This document shows positions 18,129 to 25,706 of a stretch of DNA of 59,225 nucleotides, in pieces. Numbering within the stretch: the first letter of the stretch is position 1; every line of letters begins with the position of its first letter. Origin of the DNA: Bacteroidia bacterium (lineage in GTDB: Bacteria; Bacteroidota; Bacteroidia; AKYH767-A; OLB10); the NCBI GenBank assembly GCA_017995075.1, contig JAGOJO010000002.1, positions 30,319 to 89,543 on the forward strand. Reading direction: 5' to 3'. Below the pieces are notes generated by a model. The model ran no database searches and was not told where the DNA came from. It saw only the letters and a program-made list of their open reading frames with translations. A program made the position numbers and the translations under genes.

Positions 18129-18136
18129 TACATTTG
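18129..18136 (+). promoter_or_regulatory. Bacteroidetes -7 box TACATTTG, 4 nt upstream of ATG 18141
   Basis: Exact TAnnTTTG match. Confidence 0.5.
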
Positions 18137-18140
18137 CAGC

Positions 18141-18812
18141 ATGAAGTCACATCCCTTTGTAAAGAAAATCATCAAGTCATTCGAAGCCCATCTCGACGAT
18201 GAACTGGCGATCGGAATGAAGAAGTACATGAAGGATCATTTCGATTTTCTGGGAATAAAAAAACCGGTTCGGGCTACGTTGATGAAGGAGTTGTTGAAGG
18301 AGTTTAAAACACTTCCGGAGAATGAATGGCGAATGGTGATTCTTCAATTATGGGAGCTGCCGTTCAGAGAATACCAGTATGCGGCTATGGAGTTATGCGG
18401 AAAACGGGTGAAAGAATTACAACCAGAGGATGTCGGAATGCTGGAGCAAATGCTGCTGAAGAAATCATGGTGGGATACCGTTGATGCAGTGGCTTCGAAC
18501 CTGGTGGGTGAACTTTTTCGTCGCTTTCCGGAGGTGGCGCAATCTGCAATCAGTAAATGGTTGTCGACCGATAACTTCTGGCTGCATCGCACTTGCATCA
18601 TCTTCCAGTTAAAATACAACGATAAAACCGATCGCGAGTTATTATTTTCTCTCTGCAAACGATTCGCAGGGGAGAAGGAATTTTTTATCCGGAAAGCTAT
18701 CGGTTGGGCGTTGCGACAGTATAGCAAGTCGAATCCGGTGGCGGTGCGTAAGTTCATTCAACAACAGCCACTCAGCGGACTCAGCATCCGGGAGGCGTCG
18801 AAATACATCTGA
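18141..18812 (+). CDS. DNA alkylation repair protein (AlkD-like HEAT-repeat family)
   Basis: ORF 18078..18812. The protein has the pattern [16 protein letters not shown]...[10 protein letters not shown]...WWDTVD...[16 protein letters not shown], typical of the DNA_alkylation family. Confidence 0.8.
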   Translation: MKSHPFVKKIIKSFEAHLDDELAIGMKKYMKDHFDFLGIKKPVRATLMKELLKEFKTLPENEWRMVILQLWELPFREYQYAAMELCGKRVKELQPEDVGMLEQMLLKKSWWDTVDAVASNLVGELFRRFPEVAQSAISKWLSTDNFWLHRTCIIFQLKYNDKTDRELLFSLCKRFAGEKEFFIRKAIGWALRQYSKSNPVAVRKFIQQQPLSGLSIREASKYI

Positions 18813-18850
18813 TCTGGCTTTCAGACTTGCGTCATTCCCTTCTGCCTCCG

Positions 18851-18858
18851 TATCTTTG
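18851..18858 (+). promoter_or_regulatory. Bacteroidetes -7 box TATCTTTG, 7 nt upstream of ATG 18866
   Basis: Exact TAnnTTTG match. Confidence 0.5.
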
Positions 18859-18865
18859 CGGCCCC

Positions 18866-19930
18866 ATGTTGTACAATAAGTTCGATAAAGAAACCCTTCG
18901 GAAACGCCTCGAGGCTGAAACCTTTAAACGGATTACCCTTTCGTTTTACCGATATGTCATTATCGATGAGGTGGATACCTATCGGGATGATCTCTATCGC
19001 TGGATGGAGGAAATGGGGATTCTGGGTCGAATTTATGTGGCTCGAGAGGGAATCAATGCGCAGATCAATGTGCCGGAGCATCGGATGGAGGACTTCCGGA
19101 ACCGGATGAATGCAGATGTGCGTCTGAAGAATATGCCGCTGAAAATTGCGGTGGAAGATGATGGGAAATCTTTCCTGAAGCTGATTGTTCGCCGGAAGAG
19201 AAAGATTGTGGCAGATGGTCTCAACGACGATGCTTTCGATGTGACCAATGTTGGAAATCACCTGACTGCGAAGGAATTTAATGAGGCGATGGAGGTCCCT
19301 GGTGCGGTGGTGATCGATATGCGGAATCACTATGAGAGCGAGGTAGGGCATTTTACGGGTGCTATTTGTCCGGAGGTAGATACTTTCCGCGAAGAGCTGG
19401 AGAAAACGGTGGAGATGGTGTCCGATAAAAAGGATCAGAAAATTTTACTTTACTGTACCGGAGGAATCCGTTGCGAGAAGGCGAGTGCCTGGTTTAAGCA
19501 TCATGGTTTTCAAGATGTTAACCAACTTCATGGCGGAATTATCCAGTACGCCCGTGAGATAAAGGAGCAAGGCTTGCCTTCGAAGTTTATCGGGAAGAAT
19601 TTCGTTTTTGATGAGCGTCTGGGTGAGCGGATTACCGACGATATCATCAGTCAATGTCATCAATGTGGTGCTCCCTGCGACGACCATGTGAATTGCAAAA
19701 ACGACGATTGTCATCTGCTGTTTATCCAGTGTGCGGCCTGTGCGGAGAAGTTCGATGGTTGCTGTACACCCCGATGCATGGAAATCTCTCATCTCCCCAT
19801 AGAGGAACAGCGTAAACTCCGCAAGGGAAAGCGTAAGGAGGATACCCTTTCGGTGTACCGTTCCCGTCTGCGTCCCGACCTGCGTCAGATCCTGGGAACA
19901 GGTGATGGATGGCGCCTGGATGTGAAGTAA
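18866..19930 (+). CDS. trhO: Rhodanese-domain protein of the UPF0176/YceA family (tRNA U34 hydroxylase TrhO-like)
   Basis: N-terminal LSFYRYV...[14 protein letters not shown], a rhodanese active-site loop ([13 protein letters not shown]) and a C-terminal Cys-rich tail. Confidence 0.8.
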   Translation: MLYNKFDKETLRKRLEAETFKRITLSFYRYVIIDEVDTYRDDLYRWMEEMGILGRIYVAREGINAQINVPEHRMEDFRNRMNADVRLKNMPLKIAVEDDGKSFLKLIVRRKRKIVADGLNDDAFDVTNVGNHLTAKEFNEAMEVPGAVVIDMRNHYESEVGHFTGAICPEVDTFREELEKTVEMVSDKKDQKILLYCTGGIRCEKASAWFKHHGFQDVNQLHGGIIQYAREIKEQGLPSKFIGKNFVFDERLGERITDDIISQCHQCGAPCDDHVNCKNDDCHLLFIQCAACAEKFDGCCTPRCMEISHLPIEEQRKLRKGKRKEDTLSVYRSRLRPDLRQILGTGDGWRLDVK

Positions 19931-20051
19931 ATTAGCCTTGAATCAGTCATTTAGGAGTGAATTTTCAAAGCTCCACTGATTTTTCGGGTAATTCCACCCG
20001 AATTTGTCAATAACTTACGTAAATTGCCTGTAGGTACCCCTCTTCGTACCC

Positions 20052-20059
20052 TATATTTG
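20052..20059 (+). promoter_or_regulatory. Bacteroidetes -7 box TATATTTG
   Basis: Exact TAnnTTTG match, 24 nt upstream of ATG 20084. Confidence 0.45.
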
Positions 20060-20083
20060 TTTAAGTTTTTATAGCCGGAACTG

Positions 20084-21814
20084 ATGGAAAAAAAATGGGT
20101 TTTAAAACCGCAAGGAGATACGGAGGTCGTTAACCGGCTGGCTGCTGAGCTCCGTATTAACAAAATCCTTGTGAATCTGCTGGTCCAACGGGGCATTACG
20201 ACCTACGACGAGGCCAAGAAATTTTTCCGTCCCTCGCTCGATGATCTGCATGATCCCTTTCTGATGCGCGACATGGACAAAGCCATCGAACGAATCGGGG
20301 AGGCACTGGCTAAAAAAGAACACATTCTGGTTTATGGTGATTATGATGTAGACGGTACCACTGCCGTCTCTTTAGTTTATACCTTTTTGAAGACGTATTC
20401 CGGTAATATCGATTATTATATTCCGGATCGCTATAAGGAGGGATATGGTATCTCTCGCCAGGGAATCGATTGGGCGAAGGAGAATGGCTATTCGCTGATC
20501 ATCGCGCTGGATTGCGGTATCAAAAGCAATGATAAAATTGATTACGCCAGTTCGCTGGGAGTAGATTTCATCATCTGCGATCACCATCGTCCGGGAGCAG
20601 AACTGCCGAATGCGGTGGCTGTGCTGGACCCGAAGCGTAACGATTGCCCGTATCCCTATAAAGAACTTTCCGGTTGCGGTATCGGATTTAAGCTGATTCA
20701 GGCGTTTGCCCAGTTGAACCATGTGCCGTTTGCGCAACTCGAACAGTACCTGGATCTGGTGGCTATCAGTATTGCTGCTGATATCGTTCCGATCACAGGG
20801 GAAAATAGAATTCTGGCTTTTTATGGTCTGCATCATATCAATAAAGAACCAAGAGCCGGTATCCGTGCTATCCTCGAGTTGGGTGGCATCAAGAAGGATC
20901 TCGTGATCAACGATATTGTGTTTACAATCGCTCCACGTATCAATGCTGCCGGTCGTATCGAGCATGGCAAGAAGGCGGTGGAGTTGTTGATCCAGAAGAA
21001 GGAAGATCTGGCGAATTTCCTCGGCGATGATATCAATGAGCAGAATACAACGCGTAAGAACCTCGATTCGCTGATTACCGATCAGGCTTTGCAGCAGATT
21101 GAAAACGATGCATCATTCCGTAACAGGAAGTCAACGGTTGTGTATAATCCGGAGTGGCATAAAGGAGTGATCGGAATTGTGGCTTCACGTCTTACAGATA
21201 AATATTATCGTCCTACTATCGTTCTGACGCGCAGTAACGGACATGTTTCCGGTTCTGCACGTTCGGTGAAAGATTTTGATGTGTACAATGCGATCGAAAG
21301 CTGTAGCGATTTGTTGGAGCAGTTCGGTGGACATATGTACGCTGCCGGTTTAACGATGAAGGAAGAAAATGTACCGGCTTTTATCGAGCGTTTTGAGAAG
21401 ATTGTAGCAGATACTATTGAAGAGCGAATGCTGACTCGGGAGATAGAAGTGGATGCTGAATTGAATCTGAAAGATATTACTCCGTCATTTTATCGTATCC
21501 TGAAACAGTTTGCTCCTTTTGGTCCGGGTAATATGGCGCCGATTTTCCGTACTACCGGTGTGCGTGATAATGGTCGCGGACGGGTGGTGGGAAATAATCA
21601 CCTGAAGCTGAGTCTTACACAGGAGGAAATTCATTCCGGTTTATTTGATGGTATCGCGTTCCAGTTGGGGCATCATCATCCGATGGTGGAGCAGCAGGAA
21701 AATTTTGATGTGGTGTATCATGTGGAGGAAAATACCTTTAACGGTCGTACTACGCTGCAGTTAAATATCAAGGACCTGAAGTTTTTGAAGCAGGCGGTGT
21801 TGGCGGCTTCCTGA
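20084..21814 (+). CDS. recJ: Single-stranded-DNA-specific exonuclease RecJ
   Basis: DHH motifs (VYGDYDVDGTT, DCG, ICDHH), a DHHA1 domain (GGHMYAAG) and a length of 576 aa. Confidence 0.92.
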   Translation: MEKKWVLKPQGDTEVVNRLAAELRINKILVNLLVQRGITTYDEAKKFFRPSLDDLHDPFLMRDMDKAIERIGEALAKKEHILVYGDYDVDGTTAVSLVYTFLKTYSGNIDYYIPDRYKEGYGISRQGIDWAKENGYSLIIALDCGIKSNDKIDYASSLGVDFIICDHHRPGAELPNAVAVLDPKRNDCPYPYKELSGCGIGFKLIQAFAQLNHVPFAQLEQYLDLVAISIAADIVPITGENRILAFYGLHHINKEPRAGIRAILELGGIKKDLVINDIVFTIAPRINAAGRIEHGKKAVELLIQKKEDLANFLGDDINEQNTTRKNLDSLITDQALQQIENDASFRNRKSTVVYNPEWHKGVIGIVASRLTDKYYRPTIVLTRSNGHVSGSARSVKDFDVYNAIESCSDLLEQFGGHMYAAGLTMKEENVPAFIERFEKIVADTIEERMLTREIEVDAELNLKDITPSFYRILKQFAPFGPGNMAPIFRTTGVRDNGRGRVVGNNHLKLSLTQEEIHSGLFDGIAFQLGHHHPMVEQQENFDVVYHVEENTFNGRTTLQLNIKDLKFLKQAVLAAS

Positions 21815-21840
21815 AAATAAACTATTCGTTTTACTCTTTC

Positions 21841-22725
21841 CTATTGTGGTGCCCGGAAACTCTGGTCGGTCACTACTCTCCAGCTGATTCCAATCCGAAA
21901 TAATAATCCTTCTGTAGGGGAGATTTCTGTTTCTTCCTGCAAGAGATCGCTGTAGCTTATAAAATTCCTGGAAGCACTGTGTCCTGCATCTGCTGTGAAT
22001 ACTATCGGTGTATGTGGCAGATAATATTCCAGTCCAATGCGTACCTGCCCTTCAATATAGGTGAAGTAGTCGTTTCCTTTTTCGCGGTAGGAGTCGGTGA
22101 TGCCCTTGTAAAATAGGCAGCTGTGGACACGAGGTGTAATGGCATAATCAAATACGGCATAACGTGGCAAGATGCCCCAACAGCGGAAGTTTTTGGAGGC
22201 TTGCCAGTCGAAGCCGAGAAGTGGTAGCCAGAAGTTCCCGAAACATTCCCTGCTGTAATAAGCGCCCAGTCGCCAGGTGAATTTTTCACTTTGCTGACGG
22301 CCATAGAGCAACGCAGCAGCCGGTGTGATGGAATTTTCGGAAGGGGTGATTCCGTTGGCTCCGTAGTGTCGGATAGCCAATGCAGCGAGCAGGTGATGTG
22401 TGGTGTCGCGGAGCAGCATCCGGTGACTTACAGACAATGCTCCCGAAAGATAACGTTGTACGGATGTTCCTAACGGGGTGGATATACGAAATGATCGCGC
22501 TTCGTATATCGGATTGAAAATGGTGATGTGCCGGAGATTGTGTTTCCAGGGGAGATTCGCCTGCGCCTGAAAATAGCCTATCGTGCATTCCGCTTCATCG
22601 CCACCTTTGTAGATGGCCGAAGCCGGCGACTCGACATATTGCGTTTGCAGCACATCAAATACAGGTTGAGCCTGAGATGAAGTGGTGATTAGCAGGATGC
22701 AGAACCGGAGCAGGTAGCGGAACAT
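21841..22725 (-). CDS. Hypothetical outer-membrane beta-barrel-like protein
   Basis: ORF 21841..22995. The start is set at ATG 22725 (MFRYLLRFCILLITTSSQAQ signal peptide), preceded by a -7 box. The protein has alternating aromatic/Gly-rich strands. Confidence 0.5.
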   Translation of the reverse strand: MFRYLLRFCILLITTSSQAQPVFDVLQTQYVESPASAIYKGGDEAECTIGYFQAQANLPWKHNLRHITIFNPIYEARSFRISTPLGTSVQRYLSGALSVSHRMLLRDTTHHLLAALAIRHYGANGITPSENSITPAAALLYGRQQSEKFTWRLGAYYSRECFGNFWLPLLGFDWQASKNFRCWGILPRYAVFDYAITPRVHSCLFYKGITDSYREKGNDYFTYIEGQVRIGLEYYLPHTPIVFTADAGHSASRNFISYSDLLQEETEISPTEGLLFRIGISWRVVTDQSFRAPQ

Positions 22726-22730
22726 AAGTT

Positions 22731-22738
22731 CAAATGTA
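22731..22738 (-). promoter_or_regulatory. Bacteroidetes -7 box TACATTTG, 5 nt upstream of ATG 22725
   Basis: Exact TAnnTTTG match on the minus strand. Confidence 0.45.
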
Positions 22739-22828
22739 ATGGAATGGTCGGAATATGGGTATTTCTTAAGGAGAATTTCATTGTCTATGTCGGATTCATG
22801 TTTTATGTTCGTAGTCGAAATAAATCGT

Positions 22829-23272
22829 ATGATGTATAAATCGATATTGGCTGCCTGTACCTTCTTTTTACTGCAGGCCTGCTCCGGAGATGGAGTGAAG
22901 GAAAAGATCAACAAAGCCGGTGATGTCGCCGGGCAAACTGTTGGAGAATTTGCCCATGGTGTAAGTACGGGTGTTGAGAAGGCGTTGAACATCAAGATTG
23001 AATTAAGTCAGGCCTTGAAGGATAGCGGTGTCAGTGTCGGAAAAGTTTCTATAGCTGATTCGGGGAACAATGATAACGTATTGCAGGTCTATATGATTTT
23101 TGCAAAGGGGATCAATGCTAACCTTACAGCCAAAGCTTATGACCAGAACGGTGCGGAGATGGGCAGAGTGAAAGTGCCCGTTAAAGCAGGAGCCGATGAA
23201 GCGAAGTATGTGGATTTTATTTTTGATCCGCGAACGAATATCGACAACGACAGTAAATTGGTGATTCAATAA
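22829..23272 (+). CDS. Hypothetical lipoprotein
   Basis: ORF 22739..23272. ATG 22829 gives MMYKSILAACTFFLLQAC, a signal peptide with a lipobox. Confidence 0.5.
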   Translation: MMYKSILAACTFFLLQACSGDGVKEKINKAGDVAGQTVGEFAHGVSTGVEKALNIKIELSQALKDSGVSVGKVSIADSGNNDNVLQVYMIFAKGINANLTAKAYDQNGAEMGRVKVPVKAGADEAKYVDFIFDPRTNIDNDSKLVIQ

Positions 23273-23290
23273 TTCTTGAACCAAAGAAGA

Positions 23291-23851
23291 ATGAAAAATA
23301 AAGGAATAATACTCGTGCTGGTACTTTGTTGCTGTATCCAGGTGCTTGTTTCCGGTCCGGCTGCTTTGAACGACTGGAAGATTTTACCGGGAGATACCAT
23401 TCACATAGGGAATCAGGTGTGGATGAAAAAGAATGTTTCTATTCCGATGCCTAATAGCTTCTGGTATGAGCGGGACTCTGTAAATAACGTTGCAAATGGT
23501 CGATTGTATTTCTTCAGCAGTGCATTGGCCGCTTGTCCGAAAGGATGGCATCTACCTACCGACGAAGAATGGCAGGAGCTCATCAATCATTATGGCGGCG
23601 ATTCACTGGCTGCGAAAGAATTATTGAAAGGCGGCAGCTCCCGCATGAAACTAACGTTATCGGGTTACCGAAGTTCTAATAGTTCGAATGATCTTTTCGG
23701 GAAGAAGGATGAGCAGGGTTTTTACTGGACATCCACCGTTAAAGGTGAACAGACGGCATACGCCAGATGTTTCACTGCAGGATCGCCGGTGGTGACAGAT
23801 ATGTATTATCGGCGGGCCAATGCGTTCTCCGTTCGATATATTCGTGATTGA
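23291..23851 (+). CDS. FISUMP (Fibrobacter succinogenes major paralogous) domain protein
   Basis: Signal peptide, then GNQVWMKKN...CPKGWHLPTDEEWQELINHYGG...YWTST...FSVRYIRD, the typical FISUMP pattern. Confidence 0.75.
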   Translation: MKNKGIILVLVLCCCIQVLVSGPAALNDWKILPGDTIHIGNQVWMKKNVSIPMPNSFWYERDSVNNVANGRLYFFSSALAACPKGWHLPTDEEWQELINHYGGDSLAAKELLKGGSSRMKLTLSGYRSSNSSNDLFGKKDEQGFYWTSTVKGEQTAYARCFTAGSPVVTDMYYRRANAFSVRYIRD

Positions 23852-23852
23852 T

Positions 23853-23900
23853 ACCATGTCAGCATTCGCCTTGCGAACGCTGACATGGTGTGATTTTCTT
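23853..23900 (+). terminator. Strong hairpin plus TGATTTTCTT (terminator-like; 5' part of cloverleaf element copy 1)
   Basis: ACCATGTCAGC-ATTCGCCTTGCGAAC-GCTGACATGGT with an inner TTCGC/GCGAA stem. It starts 2 nt after the FISUMP gene stop. Confidence 0.7.
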
Positions 23901-24050
23901 GACCGCGAAGTAGAGCCATGAGATGTACTTTACTAGCAAAGTACATCTCATGGCACACTTCTCGGCACGGTTAGAAATATGTATCGCCCTGAAGTGTGCC
24001 GTGAAAAAGTACAAAAGTGCTGTTTCACGGCTCTACTTCAGGGGATGTGA
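23853..24050 (+). repeat. Cloverleaf-folding intergenic element, copy 1 (candidate structured RNA or ssDNA element)
   Basis: Direct repeat of 25260-25460. The 3' ~160 nt differ at about 7 positions. On paper it forms a four-way junction: P1 23907-17/24029-39, P2 23918-51, P3 23952-61/23991-24000, P4 24001-06/24023-28. Confidence 0.8.
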
Positions 24051-24057
24051 TGGGATT

Positions 24058-24159
24058 GCTTCTAGCTTCAAGCTTCTAGCCTCTAGCCTCAAGCCTCAAG
24101 CCTCAGGCCTTTAGCTTCTAGCCTTCAGCCCGCAGCCAGTAGCCCAAGGCCAACAGCAG
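24058..24159 (+). repeat. Degenerate heptamer array (GCYNNNN), about 14.5 units
   Basis: GCTTCTA GCTTCAA GCTTCTA GCCTCTA GCCTCAA GCCTCAA GCCTCAG GCCTTTA GCTTCTA GCCTTCA GCCCGCA GCCAGTA GCCCAAG GCCAACA. Confidence 0.85.
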
Positions 24160-24320
24160 TTTCTAATTTTAATGAGATTTGTTTTAATAATTAGTTACTT
24201 GTTTCAACATGCAATTTTTCCCGTTCGGTAGTATGATGAACTTGATTGAGTGGATTTGAATTGACTTATGGGTTTAATTAAACTCTATTTGCTTCATCAT
24301 CTTTAAAAAACCTGAAAACA

Positions 24321-25241
24321 ATGAAAACAACTATCAAATTAATCGGAGTACTTATCATCCTCATCGGATGCATCTTCCCAAACCAAGCTTCTGCACAAGG
24401 TTGCGGAGTGCCAACCGGCTTAAGTGTAACTGTAGTTTCGACAACATCAACTCAGTTGAACTGGAATGCTATTCCGGGAGCAACACAGTATAATATCGAA
24501 ATTCAGAATGCTACTGGTAACAATGTTCCGTTCCTTCAAACGGCCAATGCTACTACCAACACATTTACAGTAATTAACCTGATAGCAGGTACTAATTACA
24601 AATTCAAAGTGCGCACGCGTTGTGGAGGAACTAAGTCTAACTGGTCAGCGTATTATTTCTTCACCAGTGGAAGCGGACAAACACAATGTAGTCTTCCCAC
24701 AGGCATTACCGTTAGTAATACAACTGCCACTTCTGCTACTGTAAGTTGGGGTGCTGCAGCAGGTGCATTGAGCTATCGCTTGCGTGTTGAAGACGGACAA
24801 AATAATCCGGTTGCTTTCCTGTTTGCAGTATCAACTGCGCAAACTTCCTATACAGTAACAGGATTAACATCTGCTACTAATTACAAAGCAAAACTGCGTA
24901 GCAATTGCGGTGGACTTCTTCACAGTTCATGGACAGCCTGGACTCCATTTACAACAGCTGCTCAACGTATCACTGATCTTCCTGAAGCGAATGTTCAGTT
25001 GTTCCCTAATCCTGCCAATGAAGTTGTTTATCTCGTACTTCCGGATGAATGGACTAACGGCCTTAGCGAAGTAACCATGACTGATATGACCGGCAAAGTT
25101 GTTTACTCTTTCAAAGCACAAAACTCATCTGAGTCTGCACAGTTCGAAGTACCTGTAAATGATTTCCCACAAGGTGTATACATCCTTTCAGTAAAAGCAG
25201 GAGCTGAAGAACATCATCAGCGCTTGAGTATCGTTCACTAA
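24321..25241 (+). CDS. Secreted protein with two fibronectin type III domains and a T9SS C-terminal sorting domain
   Basis: Signal peptide, two units of GCGVPTGLSV/CSLPTGITV...W...Y...V...TNYKFKVR/TNYKAKLR, and a C-terminal LFPNPANEVVYL...GVYILSV Por tail. Confidence 0.8.
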   Translation: MKTTIKLIGVLIILIGCIFPNQASAQGCGVPTGLSVTVVSTTSTQLNWNAIPGATQYNIEIQNATGNNVPFLQTANATTNTFTVINLIAGTNYKFKVRTRCGGTKSNWSAYYFFTSGSGQTQCSLPTGITVSNTTATSATVSWGAAAGALSYRLRVEDGQNNPVAFLFAVSTAQTSYTVTGLTSATNYKAKLRSNCGGLLHSSWTAWTPFTTAAQRITDLPEANVQLFPNPANEVVYLVLPDEWTNGLSEVTMTDMTGKVVYSFKAQNSSESAQFEVPVNDFPQGVYILSVKAGAEEHHQRLSIVH

Positions 25242-25259
25242 ACCCAAGTTGATTGATAT

Positions 25260-25310
25260 AAACCTCGAAAGCATTCGCCTTGCGAAAGCTTTCGAGGTTT
25301 GATTTTCTTG
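25260..25310 (+). terminator. Strong hairpin plus TGATTTTCTT (terminator-like; 5' part of cloverleaf element copy 2)
   Basis: AAACCTCGAAAGC-ATTCGCCTTGCGAA-AGCTTTCGAGGTTT. Confidence 0.7.
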
Positions 25311-25460
25311 ACCGCGAAGTAGAGCCATAAGAGGTACTTTACTAGCAAAGTACCTCTCATGGCACACTTCTCGGCACGGTTAGAAATATGTATCATCCTG
25401 AAGTGTGCCGTGAAATAGTACAAAAGTGCTGTTTCACGGCTCTACTTCAGGGGATGTGAT
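25260..25460 (+). repeat. Cloverleaf-folding intergenic element, copy 2
   Basis: See copy 1. The P2 stem carries a compensated T:A to G:C change relative to copy 1 (25333/25354). Confidence 0.8.
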
Positions 25461-25571
25461 TGATAGAGGTGGTAGAGGTGAGGTGTTTGATTGGTGTTCC
25501 GTTAACAAAGAGTGGAAACGATTAAATCCTTCTGGCCTACCAACGGTCAACGTATTTTAGGCAATTACACC

Positions 25572-25623
25572 GCAGCCCGCAGCCGGTAGCCAGTAGCTTG
25601 CAGCCTGTAGCCTTCGGCTAGCG
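25572..25623 (+). repeat. Degenerate heptamer array (GCYNNNN), about 7 units
   Basis: GCCCGCA GCCGGTA GCCAGTA GCTTGCA GCCTGTA GCCTTCG GCTAGCG. It shares the GCCCGCAGCC..GTAGCC words with the 24058-24159 array. Confidence 0.8.
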
Positions 25624-25688
25624 GCAAACCACTGTATTTCAATAGGTAACGACACTTGCTTCTTCTGTGAAAAACGGGCTTTATTGCT

Positions 25689-25696
25689 TACCTTTG
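25689..25696 (+). promoter_or_regulatory. Bacteroidetes -7 box TACCTTTG, 10 nt upstream of the ileS ATG
   Basis: Exact TAnnTTTG match. Confidence 0.5.
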
Positions 25697-25706
25697 CGCC
25701 CTTATT

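Noticed and set aside
22726-22995. 90-codon N-terminal extension of the 21841..22995 ORF
   Set aside because: It overlaps the divergent lipoprotein gene. A signal peptide and a -7 box support ATG 22725.
23907-24039. Cloverleaf element as a tRNA or tmRNA-like gene
   Set aside because: The junction spans about 133 nt with 10-15-bp arms. It has no GTTCRA T-loop, no 7-nt anticodon loop and no CCA-proximal acceptor geometry.
23923-24114. 63-aa ORF inside cloverleaf copy 1 (and the 61-aa ORF at 25238..25423 on the other strand in copy 2)
   Set aside because: The two copies are overlapped by ORFs on opposite strands and in different frames. The copy 1 ORF runs on into the heptamer array. There is no consistent coding signal.
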